Part shown: positions 37,121-50,116 of the stretch, one piece after another
Numbering within the stretch: the stretch's first letter is position 1
Layout: every line of letters begins with the position of its first letter
NCBI RefSeq assembly: GCF_035594765.1
Contig: NC_085845.1
Location: forward strand, 123,210,897 to 123,274,896
Reading direction: 5' to 3'
Length of the DNA: 64,000 nt
Source: Anolis carolinensis
Taxonomy: Eukaryota
The notes under the pieces: generated by a model
Told to the model about the DNA's origin: nothing
The model's input: only the letters and a program-made list of their open reading frames with translations
Databases searched by the model: none
Translations under genes and position numbers: made by a program

Positions 37121-39334
37121 GTGATCATTTGACCAGGCTCTGATTGTCCTACTTAGGTCCTATCCAGTTGTTCTTGAGCTTCCAAGTCTTGGAAATTCTC
37201 TCTCTGAGAGACAGGGGCTACAATGCTACTGGGCTATTAAAAGGGACATGATATACATTCCACTAATCTAGAATATATGGTTGAACTGCAACTTCCCTAT
37301 TTTCCCTGGCCCATTCTCTTTGCTATTGGCTCCAGCAAGATAGGAATGTGCGTGAAGTTGCTATGGCAGAGGCATGAGACTCTACTACATTATCATTGGG
37401 AAAAGATTATTATCAAGTTAGAGGAAGAAAGAACATCAAGAAAGCTGACTTGGTCTCATCAAGATCCAACATAGGTATGTTTATGGGAGATATTTATGCA
37501 ACATTATAGAATTTTGACCAGAGCTAGTGAGCCGTTTTGACATACAAATTTCTATTTCTGAGCTTTAAAAAAGCAATACTACATTTACATTGAAAAGGGT
37601 GAGAATGAATAAGAAAAATGTTAATGATAAGTTATCAGATTCTATAATATTTAAAGTTTAGTGCACAAAAAGTTTTGAATTTCATAACACAGTTTCCTCA
37701 CTTCCATTATATATATGCACTATGTAGATGGTTGCATTTTGTAATGATGAAATGATTTATATGCATACGTGTGACATACTGTAGAGTATTGATTCATTAC
37801 TCTTATCCATCACCTTTGAGTTTAGTTTTGTGAAGTTCTCATACCATGTATTATGTTTTAGGATGATACAGAGCTGTTTCAATTTTCCCCCTTGACAGAA
37901 TATACATTATCCAAGAGCTTATTAATCATCTGTGGTGCCACAAGTGCTTACATCTTAGACTAAAGATTTGATTTCTAGGTGTGAAAAGTTTTTTCAGACT
38001 TTGGTTGATCCTTAACAACTGATAGTATTTCCAATAGTCCAATCTGTCCTTTGAACCTTTCACACTATACAATGATTACATTCAACTGATTTGGTTTTCT
38101 TCTACGAAAACTACACTTTTGGCAGTGGCATTTACAATTCTCAGCCAGAGAACTCCCATGACTAACCAAACTACACCCCACCTCCTTCAGGTCCCACAGG
38201 ATATTGCCATGGCAGTCAAATTGAAATCCTATCCAGTTTGTCATTAATCTACTCCTTACCCCCCCTCCCCAAAAATTTTCAGGTTACAAAAAACCTGGTT
38301 TACTCATGAATTTTAACTGGTTAACCCAATCCTCATGCTAAGTCTATGAGAAGCAAAAAATTAAACAAGTCCCTCCAGAACTGCAAGCACTGTCTCAACC
38401 AAATTTTGACAATTTATTCACACTGTCATTACTTGCAGCAATAGCTGAAATAGTGGAAACAACCAAGTTGGTCCACCCATTAGGCTTGTGTGAGGATTTT
38501 GTTTCTCCTAATTTCCTCCATTTACTTCAGTATTTCGGAAGCTTGAAATGGCAAAGGTCCTCCCGGAATGAAAGCAAGAGTCAATATCGGCTCTTTCCTC
38601 CTTATTCAGGATCACAATTTAATCTTTTTGATTTCCCTTTATTTTCCGGATTCTTTTTTTATTTAGTTGGACTGATTGGGAGTAGGGGACCTGAGGGACG
38701 GTGGGTGGGGTGAGTGTGCGCGCTTAGGATCTTTCACCCTTTTAGCTTTTTTTCTCCTTTCCTTTCCTTCCTTTCCTTTGGGAAATACTTCTAAAAGATT
38801 ATTAATAATAATAGTAATGGCAGCAAAGAAAACAAGAAGCCTACGTCTCTTCTAGAGTAGACAGAGCTTTAAAGAAACAAAACCCCAAGCAGAAAGGAGA
38901 TTGCAGCCTTGCAGGCAAGTGAGGGGATTTTTAAGGTAATCCAGGGGGGATAGCCTGACTAAGTTCCAGGTCATTGCTCTTCCTTCTCTGGGTCTCCTTA
39001 AAACAAATTGGAAAGCTGCTAGTGCTGGGAGAGAAGAAGGTATGTACACCTGCCTCTCCTCTAGAATAAAACAGCTTTAAGAAGAAGTAAACCTTTTCTC
39101 CTCCTCTACAAACAGAAGGAAGAGTATCTAGAAATTTAAGATGGGTAACTCTGGTGCTTGTAATCCAGGCCTTAATGAAGGATATGGAAGGGGAGGCTGT
39201 GGAAAGTCCCCAACATAATGTGCTGGATATGGTGCTTTCTTAACCCCGTTGCTGACACTCAGGCTCCCTCAAAAGGAAGAAAGGAAAGACTACCGGGGAA
39301 AAGGGAGCCTCGTAACTTCCCCATTGCCACCAAT

Positions 39335-39732
39335 GCTCTCAGTCCCGCCTGCCTCACAGGCGCGGCTGGTGGGAACGAGGGACAGGGCCTTCTCGGTGGT
39401 GGCTCCCCGGCTATGGAACACCCTCCCCAGAGATATACGGCAAGCCCCAACCCTTTTGAGTTTTAGAAAAGCCTTAAAAACATGGCTTTGTGCCCAGACT
39501 TTTAATGAATAAATGATAAAGACGACCCAGATTGTTATATGGATAAAGTTGGAGGATATTGGACGAACGGATTTTAAACACGTTTTATGTTTTATATTTT
39601 ATACTGTATTTAATTGGTTGTATTTTTTATATGTTGTTGTTTTTAATGATGTATCGGCATCGAATTGTTGCCAATTGTACGCCGCCCTGAGTCCCTCCGG
39701 GTGAGAAGGGCGGGATAGAAATATTTGAAATA

Positions 39733-39736
<4 letters not shown>
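39335..39736 (+). mobile_element. L2 LINE 3' fragment
   Basis: RAFSVVAPRLWNTLPRDIRQAPTLLSFRKALKTWL followed by the 3' UTR and terminal stem-loop. Confidence 0.9.
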
Positions 39737-39792
<56 letters not shown>

Positions 39793-39800
39793 TCAAATAT
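39721..39800. repeat. (TA)n flanked by a perfect 16-bp inverted repeat
   Basis: atatttgaaataaatt (39721-39736) and aatttatttcaaatat (39785-39800). Confidence 0.9.
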
Positions 39801-40720
39801 ATAATTGGATGCTGAGTAAAAACTCCTGTTTTTGGAAGGCACTGGAAAATAGATATGGGGGGCTTCTGGTCTCTGGCAAGCAGAAACTGATAGCTATTTG
39901 GTTACCAAAATACACAAGCCATAACTGGCAAAGTCTAAGGCACCGGGGGGGGGGGATTTGAAGGCCCTCATGAAGGAAACCAGACTTGGTGGGTTGAGGC
40001 TAGTTGACAGGTGTGGATCTGCACACTATTTAAGGCTGCTCCGCCCTTCTGCTGTGCTCTTTCCTTCAACTTGAAGTAGGAGGCAGGATCCTAATGGGGC
40101 ATTAGGCCTTTCCCTCCTTGCTCCCTCCCCTCCCCTTTTCCAGAAGATAGTAGGGTTCCCATTGCTATGCCATTGCCCTACAATTTGGCATTTATTGGCA
40201 GGGATTTCCCAGCAGAGCATAAGAGCTTGGCTGGAGGTTTGGGTGACTGTACTAAGCAGTGTTCCCTTTCTAGATTGCCTCAAGGAAGGTACATTCTGTA
40301 GCAGCGGAGGTTTGCCCTCGCTCCCCACTTTAGAATAAACTGTTAATAAGAGGGCCTCCCCATGTGCAACATTAAGCAGTTTTACATTTTGCTGAACATT
40401 ACAGTGTGGTAGTGAGAACACTTGAAGAACTTAAAGAGAGTATACAACAATGAGACTTCTTCCTAAGCTAAACAACTTCTTTTAACTGTTCTAAATACTA
40501 AATTTGTAGTAACCATACACATTCTAAGAAAGCTAATGTTATCATCCCTTTAGCTTAGCAAAACATTGCAAAGTATAGATATGGACATTTTTGCTAGTCT
40601 TCAACATGTTGGTAGTCTCTTAGAAAAAGCCTGGGAGATGCACACAGAATTTGTGAAAGAATGTCAGGAGATCTTTGACATAGTAAGATCAGTGGTCCAT
40701 GGGTGGAAATGTGAGGATTC

Positions 40721-41353
40721 TGTCCTGTTTTGTCTGTTAAGAACAGCCTTAAAACAATGTGGTAAGTAAATGAAAACTGCTTTACTTCAGCAAAACATAA
40801 AGAACAGCAGTATAATGCAAAAGAAAGCAAGGAAGTCTTAGGGCAAACACAGTTCTTAGTCTCTGATGAATTCCCAAATCAAGTAGCAGTCTTTCTTCAG
40901 ACAAAGAAACAGCGATAATTCCTTAGGAGCCGTTTCCCAGATGCAGACTTGAAGCAGGCACAAGGGGAGCGAAGGCCTAGGCATTAGTGTCAGTTTGTTA
41001 CCAGGAAAAGCTGACTGCACCTGCTTCTACTTTATAACCCTGAGTCCCCTCACAGCTGCTAGAGCAGTTCCCAATTACTCAGCTGCATTTCTGGCAGCTA
41101 TTCTAGCTAAACAACATCTCTGTTTCCTTTTGCCTCTCCTGAAATGTGGGTACTTGCAAAATCTCCTCCTCAGATTCCAACTCCCCCTCAGCAAGAGGAA
41201 CATAGTATGGAGCAGCAGCAGCAGCAGCAGCAAGGCCTGTCCTCCTCGTTCGTTCTCTTCTGGCAGTGCCTCCAAATCAAGGTCCAGGCCTTGAGGCGGG
41301 GACTAGGACTCCTCTTCTTCTTCCCTCCTCCTCCTCATCAGGAGACCTCAACA
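40721..41353 (-). mobile_element. Old Gypsy-type LTR
   Basis: Minus strand reads TGTTGAG...CAGGACA with an acidic U3, an RCCLARIAAR motif, TTATAAA and AGTAAA; no TSD recognised. Confidence 0.5.
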
Positions 41354-41720
41354 GGCCTAGGCAGGCCAGGTGTTCCCTGAGGAAGAATGCCTCTCCAGAC
41401 TTGGCAGAGGTGCTGGGGGTGATGGAAAAGAGCCTCTACCATTTCAGAAGGGTCATGCTACTTCCTCCTTCGGCCCTGCCCCCTCCACCTCTCCAGAATG
41501 GCTGTTGGGGGGTACTGTAGCAGGGTGTGCTCCAATGCCCACAGGAGCATTTTTGGCAGTGGCAGTGATGGCAGAGAAGCCTTCCCTGCCAGATCTGGGC
41601 CAGGGCCCTGCTGCAATGCCCCCAGGGGCCTGACACCCATTCTGGGAAGGCAGCAACACAGCCCCTCTGAAATGGCCAATTCATGACCCCCAGGTTGAGA
41701 ACGGCTGCTCTAGGGAAAGG

Positions 41721-42012
41721 TAAAAGGTAAAGGTTTCCCCTGATATTAAGTCCAGTCATGTCTGACTCTGGAGGTTGGTGCTCATCTCCATTTCTAAGCC
41801 GAAGAGCCAGCGTTGTCCGTAGACACCTCCAAGGTCATGTGGCCGGCATGACTGCATGGAGCACCATTACCTTCCCGCCGGAGAAGTACCTATTGATCTA
41901 CTCACATTGGCATGTTTTCGAACAGCTAGGTTGGCAGGAGCTGGAGCCAACAGCGGCCGCTCCCGCCGCTCCCAGGGTTTGAACCTGGGACCTCTCGGTC
42001 TCCAGCTCAGTG
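41721..42012 (-). mobile_element. Sauria SINE (5'-truncated)
   Basis: Family sequence; 11-bp TSD ctagggaaagg. Confidence 0.92.
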
Positions 42013-42569
42013 CTAGGGAAAGGAGGAAGTGTTAAAACTCCTATGAAGTGATTCTATATCTTGCTTTTTAGAAGGCATTATAGAAAAAAGAGTATTTTTA
42101 AAGCACTGTAACAGAGGTTTCTCCAGACACAGATTGCCTTGAATAAATCCCTTTTCACCCAGGATGACATTAAAGAACCAATGGGAAGGATTCTTTTAGC
42201 AGAAGAAATAAATATTTCATGTGCCTTTTTAGTATTCTGCATAGAAGTAAAAGATTTCTTTTTTTAAAAAAAAATTGTGTTGTTTTAAGCAGGGCTACAG
42301 CAAGACTTATGCTGCAGTGTTATTTAACAATACAGCTTTCCTTTACCAGTTCCCTCCTTTTTAGCAGAGTCAGTGAAGTGAGTTGGGATTGCTCCAGGGG
42401 GATAAGAAGTGAGACTATTCCTTTGGAAGGATGCCTCACTTTCCTCTCTAGTACTCTGCTGGGAAGAAAACATATAATTACATCTAGCCATAAAAGAAGA
42501 AAAAATCTGAGATATTAGTGAATTCTTTTTAAAAAATAATAATAAAGGATTCTCTAGATATTACAAATG

Positions 42570-43377
42570 TGTTGGGATCCTGCAGCTCAGCCGCTGACTT
42601 GATCCTCTTTTTCACCCAAACACCACAGGATGAACAGGAATAGTAAGTTTATTACGAAAATTGTGTGTGTGTGTGTGTGTGTAGTTTCTAATATAAACCA
42701 GTTTCAAAATACATCCATGAGCTAGATATCCAGAAATTTAACAAAAAGCAATGACCAACTCTGAATATGAATTCCAAAAATCACTTAAAACAAAAGCAAG
42801 AAACTGTAATCCAAGGTTTGTTGCACTTAAACTAGAAATATATCCAAAAAGCTTGAAAGCATGAACATGACCATAATCCAAATGCTTGAAACTTGAAACA
42901 GAATTTAAACAGGAGGACAAGGAGGACCCAAGAACATAACTCCTAACTCGAAGCTCTGAAGACAAGCAACTTGACTCATTAAAATCCAACATTGATCTCC
43001 CCACCAAACATTGACTCCACTTCCTTAAGAATACTCCCTTTTGCTCATGACATCATGCTTTCTCACACCTGGGTTCCCTTTCTTTATCTTTCAGTCTTTG
43101 GGAGCAACTAATTTTTTTCTGTTTTACACTATCCTTTCTGAGCTGTAAACGCTGGGTTATTTGTAACTGTCCTCCACATTCCTTTCAGAGTCAACGTCTG
43201 GCCGGTTCTTATGATAATCACTGCCTGCTTCCCTGACAACAGATCTACCCAAAACATTCCCAATATCTCAAAAAAACCCCCACTTTTCTTTCTCTCATAG
43301 AAACACCAGGCTGAACTGGAAAATCCTTGTCCTCATCCTCAGAGGTTTCACAAGCCTCAGTATGGGATGTGGTAACA
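42570..43377 (-). mobile_element. Old Gypsy-type LTR
   Basis: Minus strand reads TGTTACC...CCCAACA, AATAAA at ~42650, acidic frame from nt 2 (VTTSHTEACETSEDEDKDF); no TSD recognised. Confidence 0.55.
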
Positions 43378-43707
43378 CTTGTTACTATACAATTCACTTT
43401 TTAAAAGATCTAAATAATGTTTTGATGATCATGCATTGTTTTAGACACTATCTCTCCATACTTTTCCTGTTTTCTGAAGATGAACTTTTATAAACTGATA
43501 TGTTTAAGCATCACATGATCAAAGTAGGCATGCTTAGTATTCCCTTGTTATTTCTACCCCCTGCCCTATTTTCCTTTACTACCCACTAAAGTTAATACTT
43601 TATTGTTTCTGTCTTGTTGAGTTCAATCTGATGTACAGCATGCCAGCATGCCAGATCAGGCCTGAAGAATGGCCCTGTATAGATGGGGCCTTGGAAAGGT
43701 TGGATCT

Positions 43708-43990
43708 GTTGCACTCCAGGCCTGGAAACACCCATGACCACCACACAATAGTCCAGGAATATAAGCAAACGGTTTATTGTAAAACACATATAAAAAGTAT
43801 ATAAAATCAGGAATAAGAAAGGAAGATACATAATCCAAAAAGGTTTGGCAAAAGGTGAGAACCATACAATAATTCAAATGTCTCATAAGGTTCCAAAGGT
43901 GACAAAGTCCAAGAACAGCCAGGAATCATAGATACAGAAAGGAAAAGATACTAGAAGCAAGGTTTCTTAAATCTGATGCTTTAACCCAGG
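43708..43990 (-). mobile_element. LTR 3' (R/U5) fragment
   Basis: Minus strand ends ...GCAACA with AATAAA ~65 nt upstream; layout resembles the end of the LTR at 13945. Confidence 0.4.
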
Positions 43991-45029
43991 GGCATCTGAA
44001 AGAGATTAAAGGGAAGGATACCAGATGCAGGGGTTTCTTAAGACAGATGCCCTAAAAATGATGGAAAGAGGGGTCTCTAAGTCCCCATTGCCGCCAATAG
44101 GTAAGATTTTCTCAGATCTTTTGGCTGCCAAATCTAAAAATGATTTTTTTCCCAGCCAAATATGGAGGCTCCCAAAAAACAGATAAATGGGCACACCAAA
44201 ATCCGGACAATGAACATGGCAAGGGATTTAACCGTATGGTGAAGGATAAAATTTGCACTCAATAGCTTGTTCATTGTTGTAGTAACAATTTTAAGTTAAC
44301 TCCAACTTGTTGTGGTCATTTCATTATGGTTTTCTTGACAGGATTTATTCAGAAGTCTGTCATTGATTTTCCCTGCATATTGCTTACATCACCTGCCATT
44401 CCCCAAGAGACTGCCTTCTAAGTACTAACCAGGCTTAGCAGCCAAGATGTGATGATCTAGTAGCTTCAGGGAATTTAGGATCTCACCGTTTTTCATCCTT
44501 TGCCTCAAAACCATCTTTGCAGCAAAAGAAACTTGCCTCTGCTTCCTTCTACTCTCTTTCTCTAATTGCTGCCTTGGGTCTTCTTGACCTCTGTCAATCT
44601 TTGACCATGTATCTGCTTCTGGTTCGTCTATCAACAGAAAAAGTGGCTGTTTAAGCTTAAACGCCTTTCAAAATATATCACTCTCTCTCCTTCAGCAGCT
44701 TGTGATGTTTGTTTCTCTCTGTGTGTGTTCTCAATTCACAGCCACCATTATTATTCCTCTTAAACTTTATCTTTCGCTGCCAACAATCCTTCATTCAGCC
44801 CCAATGTCGTCTTTATATTAATTGTGCCTGTTTTCAAAAGTTTGCAATCTTCAAGCTGGAAGGAAAAATGAACAATAACTCCACAGCTCATTTTGAAGCA
44901 TTGTATTTTATGTCCTTATCCACCTTAATCATATGATTTAAAAAGGTTTCCTCCAAAGAAAACTACATTCTTATATTTTTTAAACTTTTTTAAAAAAATC
45001 ATTTCATTAATAAATATTGACCTATATTG

Positions 45030-45353
45030 GGAGCCCCGGTGGCAAAGTGTATTAAAGCACTGAGCTGCTGAACTTGCGAACCGAAAGGTGCCAGGTTCAA
45101 ATCCTAGGAGCGGAATGAGAACCCGCTGTTATCCCCAACTCCTGCCAACCTAGCAGTTCGAAAAAATGCAAATGTGAGTAGATCAATAGGTACCGCTCCG
45201 GTGGGAAGGTAACGGCGCTCCATGAAGTCATGCCAGCCACATGACCTTGGAGGTGTCTATGGACAACGCCGGCTCTTTGGCTTAGAAATGGAGATGAGCA
45301 CTAACTCGCAGAGTCAAACATGACTGGACTTAACATCAGGGGAAAACCTAACC
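45030..45353 (+). mobile_element. Sauria SINE
   Basis: GGAGCCCC start, B box GGTTCAAATCC, family body and tail. Confidence 0.92.
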
Positions 45354-45820
45354 TATTGACAAAGTTGTAATATTTTTTTACTCTAAAATGAACTAATTGA
45401 AAAACCCATTTGGCATCATGTGTTTCTAAATGTCTTTGGAGTTTGTTTCATTTCTCCATGGTCACACTATTTAAATCAGGACGTGAAGAAGGCATTTGTT
45501 AGCATAACAAATGTTATACTGGCATTTTCTTTGGAATAATATCACAATTTAATGAAAATATTCCTGTCAATAGATGTGTTTTACATTTTTTTTAAGAAAA
45601 GTGAAAACAGAAGTAGTGTTTAAATATAAAAATGTATTGCTTTTTTAACAGGAAAATATAATCTTTTGTATCCTATTTGAAATGAGTAACTGCAGCTTCA
45701 GATTTAGTCTTCACATCTGCTGCAGACTTGAGAGGATGGGAAATGTTGTCTATTTTATTTTATTTGCAAAATGTCACTTTTCTACCATAATTAAAATGAG
45801 TTGCAGCTAGTAGGTTAAAT

Positions 45821-46857
45821 CCACTTAGTTTTCATGGCAAGAATACTGGGGTGGTTTGCCATTGCCTTCCCCAGGGATCGTATAAAGACCAAGTAGCCAC
45901 AGTAAGAACAGACCATGGAACAACAGACTTGTTCAAGATTGGGAAAGGAGTATGGCAGGGCTGTATACTATCGCCCTACCTATTCAACTTGCACGCAGAA
46001 CACATCATGCAACATGCAGGGCTTGACGAATCCAAGACTGGAGTAAAATTTTCTGGAAGAAACATTAACAACCTTAGGTATGCAGATGATACCACTCTGA
46101 TGGCTGAAAGTGAGGAAGAGCTGAGGAGCCTTATCACCAAGGTGAAAGAAGAAAGTGCAAAAGCTGGGTTGCAGTTTAAACGTCAAGAAAACCAAGATCA
46201 TGGCAACCAGACCGATTGGCAACTGGCAAATAGAGGGAGAAAACATGGAGGCAGTGACAGACTTTATATTTCTAGGTGCAAAGATCATTGCAGATGCAGA
46301 CTGCAGCCAGGAAATCAGAAGACGTCTACTTCTTGGGAGGCGAGCAATGGCCAACCTCGATAAAATACTGAAAAGCAGAGACATCACACTGGCAACGAAG
46401 GTCCGCATAGTCAAAGCAATGGTATTCCCCATAGTAACCTATGGCTGCGAGAGCTGGACCATAAGGAAGGCTGAGAGAAGGAAGATAGATGCTTTTAAAC
46501 TTTGGTGCTGGAGGAAAATCCTGAGAGTGCCTTGGACCGCAAGAAGATCCAACCAGCCCATCCTCCAGGAAATAATGCCCGGCTGCTCACTGGAGGGAAG
46601 GATATTAGAGGCAAAGCTGAAGTATTTTGGCCACATCATGAGAAGACAGGAAAGCTTGGAAAAGATCACGATGCTGGGGAAAATGGAAGGAAAAAGGAAG
46701 AAAGGCCGACCAAGGGCGAGATGGATGGATGGTATCCTTGAAGTGACTGGCTTGACCTTGAAGGAACTGGGGGCGGTGACGGCCGACAAGGAGCTCTGGC
46801 ATGGACTGGTCCATGAGGTCACAAAGAGTCGAAAACTACTGAATGAGTGAGATGATG
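45821..46857 (+). mobile_element. 5'-truncated BovB (RTE) LINE with a short inverted 5' segment
   Basis: 12-bp TSD agtaggttaaat (45809-45820 and 46858-46869); RT motifs present. Confidence 0.92.
45879..46850 (+). pseudogene. BovB/RTE reverse transcriptase C-terminal half, one frameshift at ~46178
   Basis: QGCILSPYLFN, LRYADD, LNVKKTKIM, YGCESWT and KLKYFGH across ORFs 45851..46363 and 46155..46850. Confidence 0.9.
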
Positions 46858-47599
46858 AGTAGGTTAAATGCGTTGCACGCCTTAGTCTGTTAAACCTAAG
46901 TGGAGAATTGTGAGTTCTACCATTAAGATTACATCTCCTTCCATTCAGGAAGGCATCTTGTATTTACTTGTGTAAAGCATAGAAGGCATAATATTTAACA
47001 AAATCATCTGAAATATGCTATAGACAGACTGATACCTTAAGATCACATGCTTTGCTTCTCTGAAACAGGATAGAGTGTTGAAAGTAGAGATCTGCAGAGG
47101 AATCCTGGGACCTTGTCACACGTGCTGCCGAAGATGTTCCGGATCACCGCGTTCCACCAGCAGTTGTGTAGGGGACACAGGGACCTGTCACTTCATGCCC
47201 TGTTCCTTCATGGCTTCCTCCCTTCTTCATCACATGGGATAAGCCCTTATTTGGCAGCTCAACCCATCTTTTCTTATGTAGTATTGTCTGTCTTCACCAT
47301 TTATTTTTTTTTGGCGTGGTAGCACTTCAGCCATGGAGCCTCCTTGGAAGTAGTTTTCTGGAGTGTTATGAGAGCCATTGGGATCCACAGCTGAACCCTA
47401 AAAATCCAGTTGCCACCCCAAAAAAAGGTACATGTGGAGGTCCCTGGAGACTATATTGAATGCTGTTAATGAAAACTAGGCAAAGGAAACTGGTAAATGG
47501 ATATTCTTCTAAGATGGACTTCTCTCTTGGGATAGATTCTTACAGCTGTAACCACTGGAGGTCTATTAGGTGATAAATCTGATGATTTCATTACTCCTG

Positions 47600-48520
47600 C
47601 CATATAATTGCTTTATTCCTATATTACCAGCTATTCAAAAGTGTATTTAAATTCCTTGTAAGAATTGGTTCTCATATAGATCAGGTATGATTCTGTTTAA
47701 TACTATAATCTTTACTAAAACTGGAGGCAAAATATCCATTAAGCATCTGTGCCCATACACCCAAGCTGTCTTAATATCTTTCCCATCCTTAGCGTATGAC
47801 TTCTTGGCTGACATCCAAAAAGTTACTTTACTTAGTCCAAAGGCTTATGCACATCGTTTGCATTTGAACACACACACACATATACATAAATTAGATTTCC
47901 ATATTGTAGACAATATTATCGTATTCCATCTAGTTAGTCTTCATTTAAAATACCTCCTCTACTATGTTCCTTGCAGTATTTTTCCCATATTCTATATAAT
48001 TGTCTTCTTCTACAGAAGTATCACATTAGTACAATTGGCAAAAGCCTAACCAGTGATATCAGTGGACCTTTCAACTAAATGTGTTTTACGGTTGGAGTAT
48101 AAAATGATTATTCATCCAGTCAAATTCAATCCTTCTGCCTCATGTTGTTTCCTCTGCATTCTAAGCTTGCTTAGAATGCAGATTGTACATAACATATGCA
48201 CAGTTGACTTAAATTTTTTTTTTGCCATTTTCAGCATTCAAGCCTATAAGTCTTTGGGCCAGTTCACCTCATTAACCTGAATTGCTTCATAGGGGGAAAT
48301 ATACCTTTAGAAAATCAAATTTCATAGTTGCAGCTTCAGTTCAACTTGCCCTTCCAATCTAATAACATCAAAACAATGTTTGATCACTGAACCCAAAGTT
48401 ATTTCCAGGAGTAATTTTCCCCATTGTGTTCATATTATTCACCTGAATTATTTTTCTCCTTGTTGTTCAATTTAAGATTTGATCTTGTGGTAAATAATGT
48501 GTGACATCAGCAATAGTTGG
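47600..48520 (-). mobile_element. Old L1-like ORF2 remnant
   Basis: Weak degraded motifs (SAKKSYAK, resembling TAARxxxAxxWK); boundaries approximate. Confidence 0.3.
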
Positions 48521-49106
48521 AAAAGCTGGATCCAACTATTGCTGTATAAAAATATGACAGTATTTTTTTTTAAAGATGACCGATTTACTGTTTCTTACTG
48601 TATGTTTTTTAATATTTCTGAAGAAGTCCAAACAGACAAAAGATCTATTGTATTGTGATCAAGACACTTTTATTTGTTAATTTGAGTTAAAAGGCAAAGA
48701 AGGTTTTTTAAAAAAACAAACAAACAAACAAACAAACAAAAACGATTATTTCCAATATTTGAGAGTTATTTGTTCACACATGCCATTATGTGAAATTATT
48801 GCAGTATATCCCATGGTCCATTCTTCTATTTCCTATCGGTATCTGTTCCTTTATTCAGTTCTGATTCCTTTCCTTGTGAGAGATTGTAAATCATGGTTAT
48901 GTTTGCTGAGGTTAGACTGGGGTATCCAGCCATATGATTAACAGAGATAGGGGTGCTCTACTTCTTCTTTGTTGATCATATGCATGCTTTATTATGACCT
49001 TAGCAAATATGACAAGTGATTTCCAGTCTCTCCCAGAGCAGAAGCAGTGACACAAGTACAAGGAGACAGACCAGCAAGAGGAGAGAACCAACTTGACATG
49101 TATTTA

Positions 49107-49423
49107 AAAAGGTAAAGGTTTCCCCTGATGTTAAGTCCATTCATGTCTGACTCTGGGGGTTGGTGCTCATCTCCATTTCTAAGCCAAAGAGCTGGCGTTG
49201 TCCGTAGACACCTCCAAGGTCATGTGGCCGGCATGACTGCATGGAGCGCCGTTACCTTCCCGCTGGAGCAGTACCTATTGATCCACTCACATTGGCATGT
49301 TTTCGAACTGCTAGGTTGGCAGGAGCTGGAGCTAACAGCGGCCACTCACGCTGCTCCCGGGGTTTGAACCTGGGACCTTTCAGTCTCCAGTCAGTGCTTT
49401 AACGCACTTCGCCACTGGGGCTC
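49107..49423 (-). mobile_element. Sauria SINE
   Basis: Family sequence; tattta on both flanks. Confidence 0.92.
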
Positions 49424-49861
49424 TATTTAGGAATGTCCAAAACACAAATGCGCTGGATTAACCTGATCCATATATGCACATCCTCAGAAAACTTTGAATG
49501 AAGGAGAAAGTTGCTAAAATTTCTTATTACTACCTTTAAGGAAAAAATAGTGAAGAATTAACATTCTGAAGAACCCCGTGAGGACTTTGCCATACACATT
49601 CCAGAAGTGGATTGGGCATTAGAGGTATACAGCAAATCAAAAATCTGCTTCATTTGTATTTATGAAATTTGTGCAACCCCTGTTTTGATTCTAAAGTGTT
49701 TTTGAAAAATTTGTAAGAGATCGGTGCCAAATGTATTATAGAATTCCAAAAATTTCCTTAGTTTTTTGTTATGTTATTTATTTTTTTAAAAAAACTACAA
49801 CAGCTAAGCTAATGATTGAGAAGGAGGCACCACAGGGCTTGGCGTTGCTCTTCTTTATCTG

Positions 49862-50116
49862 CTACCTCTGGTGGCCTAGGGGATAAAAGCCTTGTGACTT
49901 GAAGGTTGGGTTGCTGACCTGAAAGCTGCCAGGTTCGAATCCCACCCAGGGAGAGCGCAGATCAGCTCCCTCTTTCAGCTCCAGCTCAATGCGGGGACAT
50001 GAGAGAAGCCTCCCACAAGGATGGTAAAACATCAAAACATCCGGGCGTCCCTGTGGCAACGTCCTTGCAGACGGCCAATTCTCTCACTCCAGAAGCAACT
50101 CTGGTTGCTCCTGACA
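49862..50116 (+). mobile_element. tRNA-derived SINE (AnolisSINE2-like)
   Basis: B box GGTTCGAATCC; homologous to 28727-29018. Confidence 0.85.

Noticed and set aside
40580-40768. ATG-initiated 60-codon frame ending at a GTAAGT donor-like site (possible exon)
   Set aside because: No recognisable protein similarity, and its 3' part lies within the antisense end of a putative LTR.
41144-41380. Poly-Gln ORF
   Set aside because: A short (CAG)n tract on the antisense strand of an old LTR.
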